From positions 16,862 to 80,861 of the forward strand of contig CAZHNM010000002.1 in the NCBI GenBank assembly GCA_964533855.1: a stretch of 64,000 nucleotides of DNA, in the 5' to 3' direction. Made by a program: the position numbers and the translations under genes. Of the stretch, positions 1-9,456 are shown piece after piece. How positions within the stretch are numbered: position 1 is the stretch's first letter; each line of letters starts with the position of its first letter. This DNA comes from an uncultured Brevinematales bacterium. Lineage in GTDB: Bacteria > Spirochaetota > Brevinematia > Brevinematales > JAOACQ01. Below the pieces are notes generated by a model that saw only the letters and a list, made by a program, of their open reading frames with translations, did not search any database and was not told where the DNA came from.

Positions 1-17
1 AATTCATAGATGAAGCC

Positions 18-1118
18 ATGAAGGTTATAAACGATTATTCCATATCCTGCCTCGACATGGAAGGGATTGAAAGCCTGAAATCAATTGACCCTTTTGATCT
101 TTCCAGGAAAATGGAAACTTATGAGAAAAATGCTGAAACATTTTTAAACGCTGTTATCAATAACCAGGTTGTCTATAGCTCCTTTGTCGAAGATATCGTC
201 ACCGATCTGCTAAGCGATATCGGCTACAAATTATCTGTCGGGCTGCTCGCGATGGTTTTTGAGGAGGACTGCGGCAAAAAGGATTATTTATCGAGTCATT
301 CCCTGCGAGTGGCTATTATAGCGCTCATTACGGCAATTGAAATGACTAAAATGGTGCATGGAAAAACAGAGGTATTGAAGGATACCGATCTCGATACTTT
401 TCTGAAGCTGAGCAAAAAATTCTTTTCTCTCGAGGATCTGATAAATATTGGAATATCGGCTTTTCTTCATGATATAGGCCTTAAAAAAAATATACCCGAT
501 ATGACTTCTGAATTTAAATTCAATATCTCCAACCAGGCTTTGAACGATCTCCATACCAGCGAAGGATTTCATTTATCCAAGCGTCTAAATGTGGATTTCG
601 AGGTTCAGAATGCCGTTTATCAGCATAACGAGCGTTTTGACGGTTCGGGCAACCCGAACGGCACGCTTCCGCGCCTGTTTTCGAAGTATTCGGCCGTTCT
701 GATGTTTGCCGAATACTTTATCGAATCAACTACAATGAATCCATTTGTTGAAAAACCTCAAACCCCGAGGGTTTTCCTTCTGAACCTTTTGAATAAAGAG
801 AGAAGCAAATTTGACGGGGATGTGATATATTCTTTTATCAGGGCCGCTTCGATGTACCCGGTAGGAAGCTGGGTTTTCCTAAAGGATGAAAAAATCGCGC
901 TTGTTTCAGAGGTTAATAAAGCTTCCCTTGAAAAACCGGTGGTTATGGTATTTCTCGATAATAAATTGGAAAGGATTGCGCCATATAAGCTGAATTTGAA
1001 TGAAGATTCCAACGCTATAATAAGCCCGGTAAATTTTTCATCGATAAGGAGCAGTTTCAATGATCCCGTAAAAGAAATATGGCCTTATTTATCTGAAAAT
1101 CACGGGGTAAATGGTTGA
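18..1118 (+). CDS. HD-GYP-like (HD superfamily) c-di-GMP phosphodiesterase or sensor domain protein
   Basis: 366-aa ORF. It has the HD motif FLHDIGL and QHNERFDGSGNPNG, a variant of the HD-GYP signature HHExxDGxGYP. The frame stays open back to base 3, so the true start may lie upstream of the window. Confidence 0.75.
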   Translation: MKVINDYSISCLDMEGIESLKSIDPFDLSRKMETYEKNAETFLNAVINNQVVYSSFVEDIVTDLLSDIGYKLSVGLLAMVFEEDCGKKDYLSSHSLRVAIIALITAIEMTKMVHGKTEVLKDTDLDTFLKLSKKFFSLEDLINIGISAFLHDIGLKKNIPDMTSEFKFNISNQALNDLHTSEGFHLSKRLNVDFEVQNAVYQHNERFDGSGNPNGTLPRLFSKYSAVLMFAEYFIESTTMNPFVEKPQTPRVFLLNLLNKERSKFDGDVIYSFIRAASMYPVGSWVFLKDEKIALVSEVNKASLEKPVVMVFLDNKLERIAPYKLNLNEDSNAIISPVNFSSIRSSFNDPVKEIWPYLSENHGVNG

Positions 1119-2493
1119 AAAAAAGCTATCCGACTCTTATAATCTTGTCATGAATTTTAATAATTTGATTTCTGACAGGAAAAGGCTTTTCTGGCTGTGC
1201 GTTATGCTTTTCCCTATACTCGTGTTTTTTACCAATCTGGTAATTTTTTCCGTTAATATTCCGTACAATGACGATTATCCCACAATATACATTTTTATGG
1301 CACGTTTTCTCGACAGCAAATCATGGATTGATCATTTCAATCTTATTACGGGATTTTGGAACGATCACCGCGAGGCTTTCAACAAACTCATTACACTTCT
1401 TCAATATTATTTATTCGGAAATGTAAATGTAAGGCTGATGCAGTTCATCGGCAATGCCGGTCTTTTAATAATTACATGGGTCCTTTTCAGGATGTTCAAT
1501 CCAAAAACGGATAAAATAATGCTGTTCTCTCCTGCGGTTTTTCTTTTCTTCCAGACGGGATATGCTGAAAACAGCTTTTTCGGAATGGCGAGCCTTACTA
1601 ACTTTTATGTAATGGTTTTCGGCTATCTTTCCATATTTATCCTGTCCTGGAAATCACGAAGCACAGGCTGGATGCTTCTTGCCTTTTTCCTGAGCGTCCT
1701 GTCCTATTTTTCACAGGCAAACGGTGTTTTATTCCTGGGGATAGGATTTTTGTTCCTGCTATACAGGAAAGAATGGAAAAATTCAGTTTTATGGATAATC
1801 CTTTCATTGCCGGTCTTGATCTTTTATCAATATTATACCGGTGATTTTACTCGCTGGAATTTCAACGCCGGTCCTTCAGTTCCGCATAATATTAACCTGT
1901 TATACTTTTTTTATTTTATCGGCAACTGTTTCGGCGCGAGTTTCGGCAATTTCCTTTCAAGGATGGGGGGCGGATTTATAGATACAGTCAGCAGGATATT
2001 GCCTGTTATTGCCGGAATAATAATAAGCGCTTATTTTATTTTACTTGGAATAATCAGATATGACAGGAAAAATCCGGCCCTTTTCGCGGTTTTTATTTTT
2101 CTCATCCTTACCGCCTTCGGAGCGATGGTTCAAAGGGGAGGGGATTTAGGGGTGGATCAGGCAATTACTTCCCGGTACCGCGTTCTTACAATCCAATATA
2201 TAATTATCATCTATCTCAGTCTTGCTGAATTGCTCGAGGGAAAAGCATGGTTAAAATCCTTCTTCAAAGTTTCTCTCGTATGTTCGATAGTATATTGTTC
2301 ATTGATATACGTAATTAAATATGAACCTGTTGTCAAACACAGGGATAATTTGATAATAAGCCTTAAAAAATGGGAAGAAACCGGCCATGGTTTGTATCCT
2401 CTCGCCGATGAGTTTTCAAGTCAGTCCGATGAGACTCTTTCTGAAGCCGTAAAACGCGGGATTTACCTTATTCCCGGAATTAAAACCCGTTAA
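1111..2493 (+). CDS. polytopic membrane protein, putative GT-C-type glycosyltransferase (paralog A)
   Basis: 460-aa ORF that is hydrophobic throughout, with many predicted TM helices by eye. The acidic loop motif NIPYNDDYP follows TM1. It overlaps the upstream gene by 8 nt. It is clearly homologous to the 19071..20447 product. Confidence 0.6.
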   Translation: MVEKKLSDSYNLVMNFNNLISDRKRLFWLCVMLFPILVFFTNLVIFSVNIPYNDDYPTIYIFMARFLDSKSWIDHFNLITGFWNDHREAFNKLITLLQYYLFGNVNVRLMQFIGNAGLLIITWVLFRMFNPKTDKIMLFSPAVFLFFQTGYAENSFFGMASLTNFYVMVFGYLSIFILSWKSRSTGWMLLAFFLSVLSYFSQANGVLFLGIGFLFLLYRKEWKNSVLWIILSLPVLIFYQYYTGDFTRWNFNAGPSVPHNINLLYFFYFIGNCFGASFGNFLSRMGGGFIDTVSRILPVIAGIIISAYFILLGIIRYDRKNPALFAVFIFLILTAFGAMVQRGGDLGVDQAITSRYRVLTIQYIIIIYLSLAELLEGKAWLKSFFKVSLVCSIVYCSLIYVIKYEPVVKHRDNLIISLKKWEETGHGLYPLADEFSSQSDETLSEAVKRGIYLIPGIKTR

Positions 2494-2505
2494 CAGGAGC
2501 GCTCA

Positions 2506-4266
2506 ATGATCCTCACATTAATAATCTGGGTATGGATAGCTGTAGTTTGTTATATTTACGGTTATATGTCGATAAGGCTTTTCAGTAAGATTTTCAACCT
2601 GGAAAACCGGGATGTGCATGCCCCTGTTGTAATAATACTCGGTCTCTGCCTGATTGGAACGGCAGTTTCATATTTTTCAATTTTTATCAAAACAGGGCTT
2701 GCCGTTAATATCATACTTGTCCTGCCGGCTGCGATATATTCGGCTTTAGACTTTAAAAATATAAAAATAAGTTTAAAAGCCTTTTTTAACGAATTAATGG
2801 ATAAAAACATATATTTCTCGTTTTTTTTTCTGGTATTGTTTTTTATAATTCTCTTCGAGACTTCGATTTACATTCCAAAATTTTATGACTCGGCATTGTA
2901 TCATGCCCAGAGTATTCACTGGATAGAGAAATATAAAGCTGTTCCGGGCCTGGGGAATTTCGAGAAAAATCTCTCATATAACAACAGCTGGTTCCTGCCG
3001 TCTGCGTTTTTCAGCTTATCCTTCCTTGGCTTCAGATCTTTTCATGTCCTCAACGGCATATTCTTTTTGACAGGCGCTTTTTATTTCCTTGGAGCTGTGG
3101 ACGATTTTTTCAGGAAAAAGAAAAGAATATTCAGCGGATTGATATGCATGTTTGTAATACCGGCGGCATTTTATCTATATGCAAATTTTTCATCTTCACC
3201 GGGGACAGATATGCCGACATCGATATTAATATGGACTATCTTCATATTGTATATAGATAAGTTAGAGCTTAAAGGAACCTATGACTTTGATATCGCCAGC
3301 GTAGTCATTGTTGCTTTAGCGTCCTATCTTATTACAGTTAAACTTTCGGGGATTCCCGTGTTCTTAATCGCAGCATATATTATATTCCGGGAATTTGCAT
3401 CGAGGAAAATCATGGCCCTGAAGCTTGTTTTATTAAGCTGTCTGATTTTCATACCATGGATTATCAGAAGCTTTATTATTTCAGGTTACGGTGTATACCC
3501 GGTTATTCAAACAGGAATTTTCAATTTCGACTGGAAAGTCCCTGAAAAGAATCTTCTTGCCGATATCCAGGGTATAAGGAATTGGGCGTTTCCTGCAGGA
3601 AACCGGCCGTTCTTAAATTACCTGTTTTTATGGCTCAAAGGTCTTAATATACAATATAAATTTGTGATCTGGCCCCTGTTTTCATTTGCGGCTTTATCTC
3701 TCTTATACTATTTAGCCGGATTATTTTTTGAATTCAGAAAAATACCCCTTTTCTTAAAAAAGTATAAAGATTACATGATCTGCTATTTGACAGTGTTTTG
3801 CGGAGCCGCTTTCCTGTTTTACAGCGCCCCGGATGTCCGCTTCGGCGCCGCTATTTTTACTCTGCAATGCCTCCTGATTTTCATTCCCGCATTGATGCCT
3901 CTTTTAAAAAGAAGTCAGCAACCTCTCATGATTTCTAAATATTATCTGACAGTACTGCCTGTGTTAATGATCATTTTCGAAATTTTTCTTTTCAACAGGT
4001 ATTTTTATTCCGGCAGGCAGATGCTTTTTGCCAGGGACAGCATATCCGATATTGCCGGACGTATTTTAATCCCCGCTGATTATGGAAAAAGCCCCGAAGG
4101 AGTTTCAGAATATACCGCCGGTGATAAATTTCATTATTATATCCCCAATAAATTTACATCCGCCTGCTGGTACGATCCGTTCCCCTGCACTTCTGAACTT
4201 TTCGGAATTCTCGAAACGAGGGGAGAAAGCGCCCAGGACGGATTCAGGATAAGGATCGAAAATTGA
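2506..4266 (+). CDS. large polytopic membrane protein (possible glycan polymerase or glycosyltransferase; function unknown)
   Basis: 586-aa ORF with an AGGAG Shine-Dalgarno 6 nt upstream of the ATG. More than 10 hydrophobic segments are followed by a soluble C-terminal tail of about 90 aa. Confidence 0.55.
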   Translation: MILTLIIWVWIAVVCYIYGYMSIRLFSKIFNLENRDVHAPVVIILGLCLIGTAVSYFSIFIKTGLAVNIILVLPAAIYSALDFKNIKISLKAFFNELMDKNIYFSFFFLVLFFIILFETSIYIPKFYDSALYHAQSIHWIEKYKAVPGLGNFEKNLSYNNSWFLPSAFFSLSFLGFRSFHVLNGIFFLTGAFYFLGAVDDFFRKKKRIFSGLICMFVIPAAFYLYANFSSSPGTDMPTSILIWTIFILYIDKLELKGTYDFDIASVVIVALASYLITVKLSGIPVFLIAAYIIFREFASRKIMALKLVLLSCLIFIPWIIRSFIISGYGVYPVIQTGIFNFDWKVPEKNLLADIQGIRNWAFPAGNRPFLNYLFLWLKGLNIQYKFVIWPLFSFAALSLLYYLAGLFFEFRKIPLFLKKYKDYMICYLTVFCGAAFLFYSAPDVRFGAAIFTLQCLLIFIPALMPLLKRSQQPLMISKYYLTVLPVLMIIFEIFLFNRYFYSGRQMLFARDSISDIAGRILIPADYGKSPEGVSEYTAGDKFHYYIPNKFTSACWYDPFPCTSELFGILETRGESAQDGFRIRIEN

Positions 4267-4297
4267 AAAAAAACGCCCTTCTTCATATAATCTTTTC

Positions 4298-5521
4298 ATG
4301 AATTTTAATAAGGTCGTAATAAGAAAGGGAAATGACAGCGCCGGATTGATGAAAGATCTTTTAAAGGAGTTTCCGGCAAACAGCCTGGGAATAGGGGGCC
4401 GGCGCGTCCTTATTAAGCCCAATGCAGGCAGAATGGCGGGACCGGGGCTCGGAATAAACACAAGCCCGGATGTGATCGGATCAATACTGGATTATTTTCT
4501 GGAAAGCGGAATAAAAAACATTGCCGTCGGAGAAAGCCCGATAGTGGGCGTGAAGGCTCTCGAATCGCTGGAAATGAGCGGAATAGCCCGGGAAGCAGGG
4601 ATCAGAGGGGTCGAACTTATCGATTTCGACGCTTCAGGGTATCAAACTATCGATATTCCTGAGGGCAGAGTAATAAAAAAATTAAGAGTCTGCAAAGAAG
4701 TCCTTAAAAACAATTTTATAGTTTCCGTTCCGGTAATGAAAACCCATATGCATACCCAGGTTTCCCTGGGCCTTAAAAATATGAAGGGCTGTCTGCATGG
4801 AAGGGAAAAGGTAAAGCTGCACCAGCTTCCTCCGTTTGGTCTGGTCGAGGAACCAGGCAAACCTCTCGATTATGCAATAGCGGACATGGCAGGGATCCTC
4901 ATGCCGGATTTCACGATTATAGACGGGACAATAGCCCAGGAAGGGATGGGGCCAAGCGGCGGAAGCGCCAAAAATGCGGGCCTGGTCATTGCTTCCTTGA
5001 ACTGCCTTGCGGCCGATACTGCCGCTGTCATGCTCATGGGCTTTAAACCGGAGGAGGTGTTCCACCTCCGTGAGGCATGGAAGATCCTCGGTTCCAAAGA
5101 CAGCAGGTATTTGCACAAAGGCATGATAGAAGCCGAGCCTGCAGATTTTATGAAATGGGTATCCCCTTTCGAAGCTCCACCGAAAAAAATATCGCTTGAA
5201 TATTCCAATGTAATAGTTGAAGATAAAGATTCATGCAGCGCATGCCTCTCGACTGTACTGATGTTTCTGAAGAGATATTACTCCGACTTTGCAGACTATC
5301 TTGGGCCCGGAAAGCCGCTGCGGATAGCCCTTGGGAAATCCACAGGCAAACAGCCCCCGGGGACTCTGCTAATAGGAAACTGTGCGATCAGGGCCGGGGA
5401 TAAAGAAGGCGGCGTTTTAATCAAGGGCTGTCCCCCCGTTTCTTCCCAGATCATCGAAGAAGTGGAAAAGCTATTTCCAGAGCTGAAGAAGAAGGGATTG
5501 AAGATTAACGGTTCTTTGTAG
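4298..5521 (+). CDS. DUF362 domain-containing protein
   Basis: 407-aa ORF. VLIKPNAG and MKTHMHTQVSLGLKNMKGC are motifs I associate with DUF362. The C-terminal part is Cys-rich (CSAC, GNCA, GCPP). Confidence 0.65.
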   Translation: MNFNKVVIRKGNDSAGLMKDLLKEFPANSLGIGGRRVLIKPNAGRMAGPGLGINTSPDVIGSILDYFLESGIKNIAVGESPIVGVKALESLEMSGIAREAGIRGVELIDFDASGYQTIDIPEGRVIKKLRVCKEVLKNNFIVSVPVMKTHMHTQVSLGLKNMKGCLHGREKVKLHQLPPFGLVEEPGKPLDYAIADMAGILMPDFTIIDGTIAQEGMGPSGGSAKNAGLVIASLNCLAADTAAVMLMGFKPEEVFHLREAWKILGSKDSRYLHKGMIEAEPADFMKWVSPFEAPPKKISLEYSNVIVEDKDSCSACLSTVLMFLKRYYSDFADYLGPGKPLRIALGKSTGKQPPGTLLIGNCAIRAGDKEGGVLIKGCPPVSSQIIEEVEKLFPELKKKGLKINGSL

Positions 5522-5613
5522 AAAAAGGGGAATATCCACAGATTACGCAGATGATATAATATAACAATGGTTATGATTTCATATAATATTAAGATTCTTG
5601 TTTTTTAATTAAG

Positions 5614-5970
5614 CTATTTTATAAGTGTGTAATCCGTTATCCCCAGGCGGTTGCCGAATGGGTCATCGAATTCGGCTGCCAGTCCTGTCTTTATGGGGAA
5701 TGGTTCGGATATGAATTTAACACCCATGCCTGAGAGTTTTTTATACTCGGAAGCGACATCATCGACTACAAACCATATGGCCGGTTTAGCGCCGGGAAAT
5801 TTAGCGGTATCTTTTAATATTATTGCAGGCTCCTGCTCCCCGACATTGAATGCCACCATTCCCAGGGGTGAAAAATCGAATTTTATTTTCATTCCCAGGA
5901 CATCCCTGTAATAATTCGCTGCAGCGGTCATATTATCCACCGGAAGGAAAAAATTGTCATAATTATTCAT
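5614..5970 (-). CDS. VOC (glyoxalase/bleomycin-resistance) family protein
   Basis: The ORF track gives 5614..5988. The internal ATG at 5970 (MNNYDNFF) has GGGAGG 5 nt upstream and avoids overlapping the upstream gene. The sequence looks like a small VOC-fold protein (DPFGNRLGI near the C-terminus). Confidence 0.7.
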   Translation of the reverse strand: MNNYDNFFLPVDNMTAAANYYRDVLGMKIKFDFSPLGMVAFNVGEQEPAIILKDTAKFPGAKPAIWFVVDDVASEYKKLSGMGVKFISEPFPIKTGLAAEFDDPFGNRLGITDYTLIK

Positions 5971-5972
5971 GA

Positions 5973-6212
5973 TTACCTCCCGATCCATGCCGGCAATCTG
6001 CTCATCACAGTTTTTGCCGTTTCCCGTGCCGCCTTGAGATCGAACCCCTGTGTTTTGATTATGAATCCTGTCATGCTTTCAAGTTTTTCGTCGTAGCTCT
6101 GCATTGAACCGTCCGGCCTGGCACAGTGCGCGCAGTAGTCTTTCGAAATGTCGGCCATGGCGAAATCCTGCGGGGTGTTCATAGGCATTGCGCATGCTAT
6201 GCATTTTTTCAT
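5973..6212 (-). CDS. small zinc-ribbon protein
   Basis: 79 aa with two CxxC pairs (CIAC and CAHC). A strong AAGGAGG sits 7 nt upstream of the ATG. Confidence 0.6.
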   Translation of the reverse strand: MKKCIACAMPMNTPQDFAMADISKDYCAHCARPDGSMQSYDEKLESMTGFIIKTQGFDLKAARETAKTVMSRLPAWIGR

Positions 6213-6225
6213 AGTGACTCCTCCT

Positions 6226-6813
6226 TTACCTGCTTATTAATCCCATAAAAAAGTCTAAAAGTTCATCCCTGTACCTTTCCAGGACAGGGCCTCCTCCGGA
6301 GAACATGTCCCTGTTTACAAGGTAGTAATGTATAAGGCCTATCCATGTATTGAAAACAAGGTGAATGGGGACTCTTTTCAGCCGGCCGGCGGCTATATCT
6401 CTTTGGACCGCTCCGTTCAGGTGGTAGGAGACGGCGGACTGGATCATTAAGAGCTCCTGCCTTGCTTGAGCGGGAAGAAGAGGACCTTCGGTCACGAGCC
6501 TTGTATAAAAAGATTCAAAAAGTGAAAGCCCGCTGATATGGGCCTCGAGTATTTCGCGGGTGTTTCCGGCCATGGCTTCCAGCTCATGAATACGTTCGGT
6601 GATTTTTCGGCCGAAATCCTTTACAGCTTCTACAAGGAGGATTTCCCTTGTTGGAAAATGCACAAAAATAGTTCCATGCGCCAGGCCGGCCGCCGAAGCT
6701 ATGTCCGATGTTTTAGCTTTAATAATTCCGTCTTTGACAAACTGGGCCTGGGCGGTCTTAATAATCCTGAGCCGTGTAGCGTCTTTACGGCCGCTTCTTG
6801 TTAATGCCGGCAT
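6226..6813 (-). CDS. TetR/AcrR family transcriptional regulator
   Basis: 195 aa with an N-terminal HTH (KTSDIASAAGLAHGTIFVHFPTRE). A GGAG RBS and an operator-like palindrome lie upstream. Confidence 0.85.
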   Translation of the reverse strand: MPALTRSGRKDATRLRIIKTAQAQFVKDGIIKAKTSDIASAAGLAHGTIFVHFPTREILLVEAVKDFGRKITERIHELEAMAGNTREILEAHISGLSLFESFYTRLVTEGPLLPAQARQELLMIQSAVSYHLNGAVQRDIAAGRLKRVPIHLVFNTWIGLIHYYLVNRDMFSGGGPVLERYRDELLDFFMGLISR

Positions 6814-6828
6814 AATGACTCCATACTC

Positions 6829-6846
6829 AATGAGTATATACTCATT
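6829..6846. promoter_or_regulatory. perfect 18-bp palindrome, putative TetR operator
   Basis: AATGAGTATATACTCATT equals its own reverse complement. It lies 16-33 nt upstream of the TetR start codon and overlaps the -10 hexamer. Confidence 0.5.
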
Positions 6847-6872
6847 ATAATATTATACGGAGATAATGTCAA
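6844..6872 (-). promoter_or_regulatory. sigma-70 type promoter for the TetR gene
   Basis: The minus strand reads TTGACA-N17-TATAAT, an exact consensus. The -35 is at 6867-6872 and the -10 at 6844-6849. Confidence 0.6.
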
Positions 6873-7011
6873 TAGATAATTTAATTAAGCATTGATTTAA
6901 TTTAAAATATTGTTAAACTTAATCAGCAGGCAAAGCGTTTAATCAAGAAAATTGGGAATTTTCAATGAAATAATGTAAAATAAATAGCCGTTATATGAGG
7001 AGAAAGCCTTC

Positions 7012-9456
7012 GTGAAATGGAAGGAGTTTTATGATAAATCCATTGAAACCATATCGTTTACGGACGGTTCAATGGGAGTTCTGCTTCAGAAGTACGGGCT
7101 CACGGGCGGAGAATGCCCCGAATCCTGGAATATCACCCACAGCGATATAATTGAAAAGGTGCATGCCAGCTATATCGATGCCGGAAGCGACCTGATCATC
7201 ACGAACACCCTTGGCGGAAACTCTGTCAAGCTCGGTGAATATAAACTTGAAAATAAGCTCAGGGAACTTAACCAGGCAGCGGTCGTTATCGCAAAAAAGG
7301 CCGCAAAAGGCCGCGCGATTGTGGCCGGAGACGTGGGGCCTACAGGAAAATTCGTAAAGCCCCTGGGAAATATTTCATTTGACGAAATGAAGGATATTTA
7401 CAGGGAACAGATAGAAGTCCTCGCCAATGCCGGAGCGGACTGCATATTTTTTGAAACCCATATAGATATACTGGAGCTGAAGGCGGCGATACTCGCCTGC
7501 AGAGAGGTATGCGATCTTCCTATTATCGCAAGCGTTACATTCGAAGAAGACGGAAGGACTGTAACAGGAAGCCCGGCAGGTGCTGCAATAGTAATGCTCG
7601 AAGCCTTAGGTGTAGACATTGCCGGCACAAACTGCGGAACCGGACCGGATGATATGCTCAGAATTATCCATGAAATAGCACCCCTCGTCTCGATCCCCAT
7701 AATAGCCCAGGCAAATGCAGGCAAACCCTCGCTTGAAAACGGAAAAACCGTTTTCAGATCGGCTCCTGAAAGCTATACCGGCACCGCTTTGAGGATGATA
7801 GAATGCGGAGTAAACTCTGTGGGGGGATGCTGCGGGACAACGCCCGAATATATAAAGCTGCTTCATGACCGTGTCATGGAATTAAAGCCGTTCCTGAAGA
7901 GAAAAGCTTCGAATGTCGATTTTATGAAGCTCTCCAGCCGTTACGCTGTCAGGAAGATAGGGTTCAACCAGGCTTTTACTATAATCGGAGAACGGCTCAA
8001 CCCTACGGCCCGTAAAAAGCTATCGGACGATATAAGGGAAGGACGTTTCGAATTGTTCAGGGAAGAAGCAATTGCCCAGGAAAACTCGGGGGCGGATATT
8101 CTCGATTTGAATATGGGAATAGAAGGTATTTCCGAGAGCTCCTGTTTTGAGAAAGGAATAGAGATTCTCGGCAATCTCGTGAAAACCCCGGTTTCAATCG
8201 ATACCGCAAATCCTGAAGCAGCCGCTCTTGCCATGAAGTTATATCCGGGTAAACCTATCCTCAATTCCATATCAGCCGAGGGAAAACGCCTGGATCTTCT
8301 CAAAGATGTAAAAAAATACGGGGCGTCCTTTATAGCTCTTCCTATAGATGGACATGGAATTCCGAAAACCGCGTCCGAAAGGCTTGCTGTTATGAGAAAA
8401 ATAGTTGCTATGGCGGAGAAAGCCGGCATCGATAAAAGGAACATTCTCGCAGACCCGCTTGTCCTTACTGTTAGCGCCGAACAGAAAGGGGCGTCCGAAA
8501 CCTTGAAGACTATAAGATTATTCAGGGAAGAGCTGGGTCTTTTTACAACATTGGGACTTTCCAACATATCGTTCGGGCTGCCCGCGCGTCCTTACATAAA
8601 CCGGAATTTCCTGTCTATGGCCATATCGGCCGGTCTTACAAGCGCTATAGCAAACCCATTCGACGCCGAGATGATGGGGCTGGTCCGGGCTTCGGATGTT
8701 TTATTGTCAAAGGATATGAATGCAGCAGCATATATAGCCGCTTATGCTTCGGATAGTAAATCCGGAAAGACTGCCCGCGCGGGTACGGCCGGAACAGCGG
8801 TTTCGGAAGATAATTTATCGCCGGGCGAAAAGCTCTACAGGGCGGTTTTGAAGGGAAACAAGGATAATATAGAGGCTCTGATCGGGGAAGCTCTCAAAGC
8901 CGGCGATGAACCCGGCGCCATCCTTGACAGGCATCTCCTTCCCGCGGTGAACGAAGTAGGCAATCTTTATGAAAAAAAAATATATTTTCTCCCCCAATTG
9001 ATGCTCTCCGCTGAAACCATGAAAGCTGCTTTTTCGGTGATAGAGCCTTTGCTCAAGAAAGATGATACGAATGTCAGAGGCAGGATTGTTTTCGCCACAG
9101 TACAGGGGGATGTGCATGATATCGGCAAGAACATAGTCATCCTGCTCATGAAGAACTACGGTTTTGAAGTCCTTGACTTAGGCAAGGATGTTCCCAATGA
9201 GGTTATTCTTCAAAAAGCGGATGAAAATAATGCGGATATTATTGCCTTATCCGCTCTTATGACAACAACAATGCCGAAAATGAAGGAATTTATGGAACTT
9301 ATGAAGGCATCCGGCCGAAAATACAATGTACTTATCGGCGGAGCAGCCGTTACTCGCGAATTTGCCGCCGGCATAGGGGCCAAGTATTCTGTTAATGCTG
9401 TCGAAGCAGTAAAGACAGCTCTTGAAATGGCCGGGGAATTAAGCAGGAGGAAATGA
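7012..9456 (+). CDS. metH: cobalamin-dependent methionine synthase, short form without the AdoMet reactivation domain
   Basis: 814 aa with a GTG start after GAGGAG. It has a homocysteine S-methyltransferase domain (GGCCGTTPEYI), a pterin-binding domain and a B12-binding domain with DVHDIGKN (DxHxxG), SALMTT and GGAAVT. The ORF ends right after the B12 domain. Confidence 0.9.
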   Translation: MKWKEFYDKSIETISFTDGSMGVLLQKYGLTGGECPESWNITHSDIIEKVHASYIDAGSDLIITNTLGGNSVKLGEYKLENKLRELNQAAVVIAKKAAKGRAIVAGDVGPTGKFVKPLGNISFDEMKDIYREQIEVLANAGADCIFFETHIDILELKAAILACREVCDLPIIASVTFEEDGRTVTGSPAGAAIVMLEALGVDIAGTNCGTGPDDMLRIIHEIAPLVSIPIIAQANAGKPSLENGKTVFRSAPESYTGTALRMIECGVNSVGGCCGTTPEYIKLLHDRVMELKPFLKRKASNVDFMKLSSRYAVRKIGFNQAFTIIGERLNPTARKKLSDDIREGRFELFREEAIAQENSGADILDLNMGIEGISESSCFEKGIEILGNLVKTPVSIDTANPEAAALAMKLYPGKPILNSISAEGKRLDLLKDVKKYGASFIALPIDGHGIPKTASERLAVMRKIVAMAEKAGIDKRNILADPLVLTVSAEQKGASETLKTIRLFREELGLFTTLGLSNISFGLPARPYINRNFLSMAISAGLTSAIANPFDAEMMGLVRASDVLLSKDMNAAAYIAAYASDSKSGKTARAGTAGTAVSEDNLSPGEKLYRAVLKGNKDNIEALIGEALKAGDEPGAILDRHLLPAVNEVGNLYEKKIYFLPQLMLSAETMKAAFSVIEPLLKKDDTNVRGRIVFATVQGDVHDIGKNIVILLMKNYGFEVLDLGKDVPNEVILQKADENNADIIALSALMTTTMPKMKEFMELMKASGRKYNVLIGGAAVTREFAAGIGAKYSVNAVEAVKTALEMAGELSRRK

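Noticed and set aside
6873-7011. Possible cobalamin or SAM riboswitch in the leader of metH.
   Set aside because: The roughly 140-nt spacer is extremely AT-rich. I could find no GC-rich helices and no B12-box-like (GCCACTG) element.
7941-8567. Long antisense ORFs inside well-supported genes. Examples: 208 aa opposite metH, 220 aa at 62383..63045 and 168 aa at 63052..63558 opposite the ABC genes, 179 aa at 53809..54348 opposite glnE, 180 aa at 55618..56160 opposite the amidotransferase, and 151 aa at 24756..25211 opposite cca.
   Set aside because: Each is fully nested antisense to a gene with clear family motifs. They lack RBSs and give low-complexity or compositionally odd translations. They are typical shadow ORFs.
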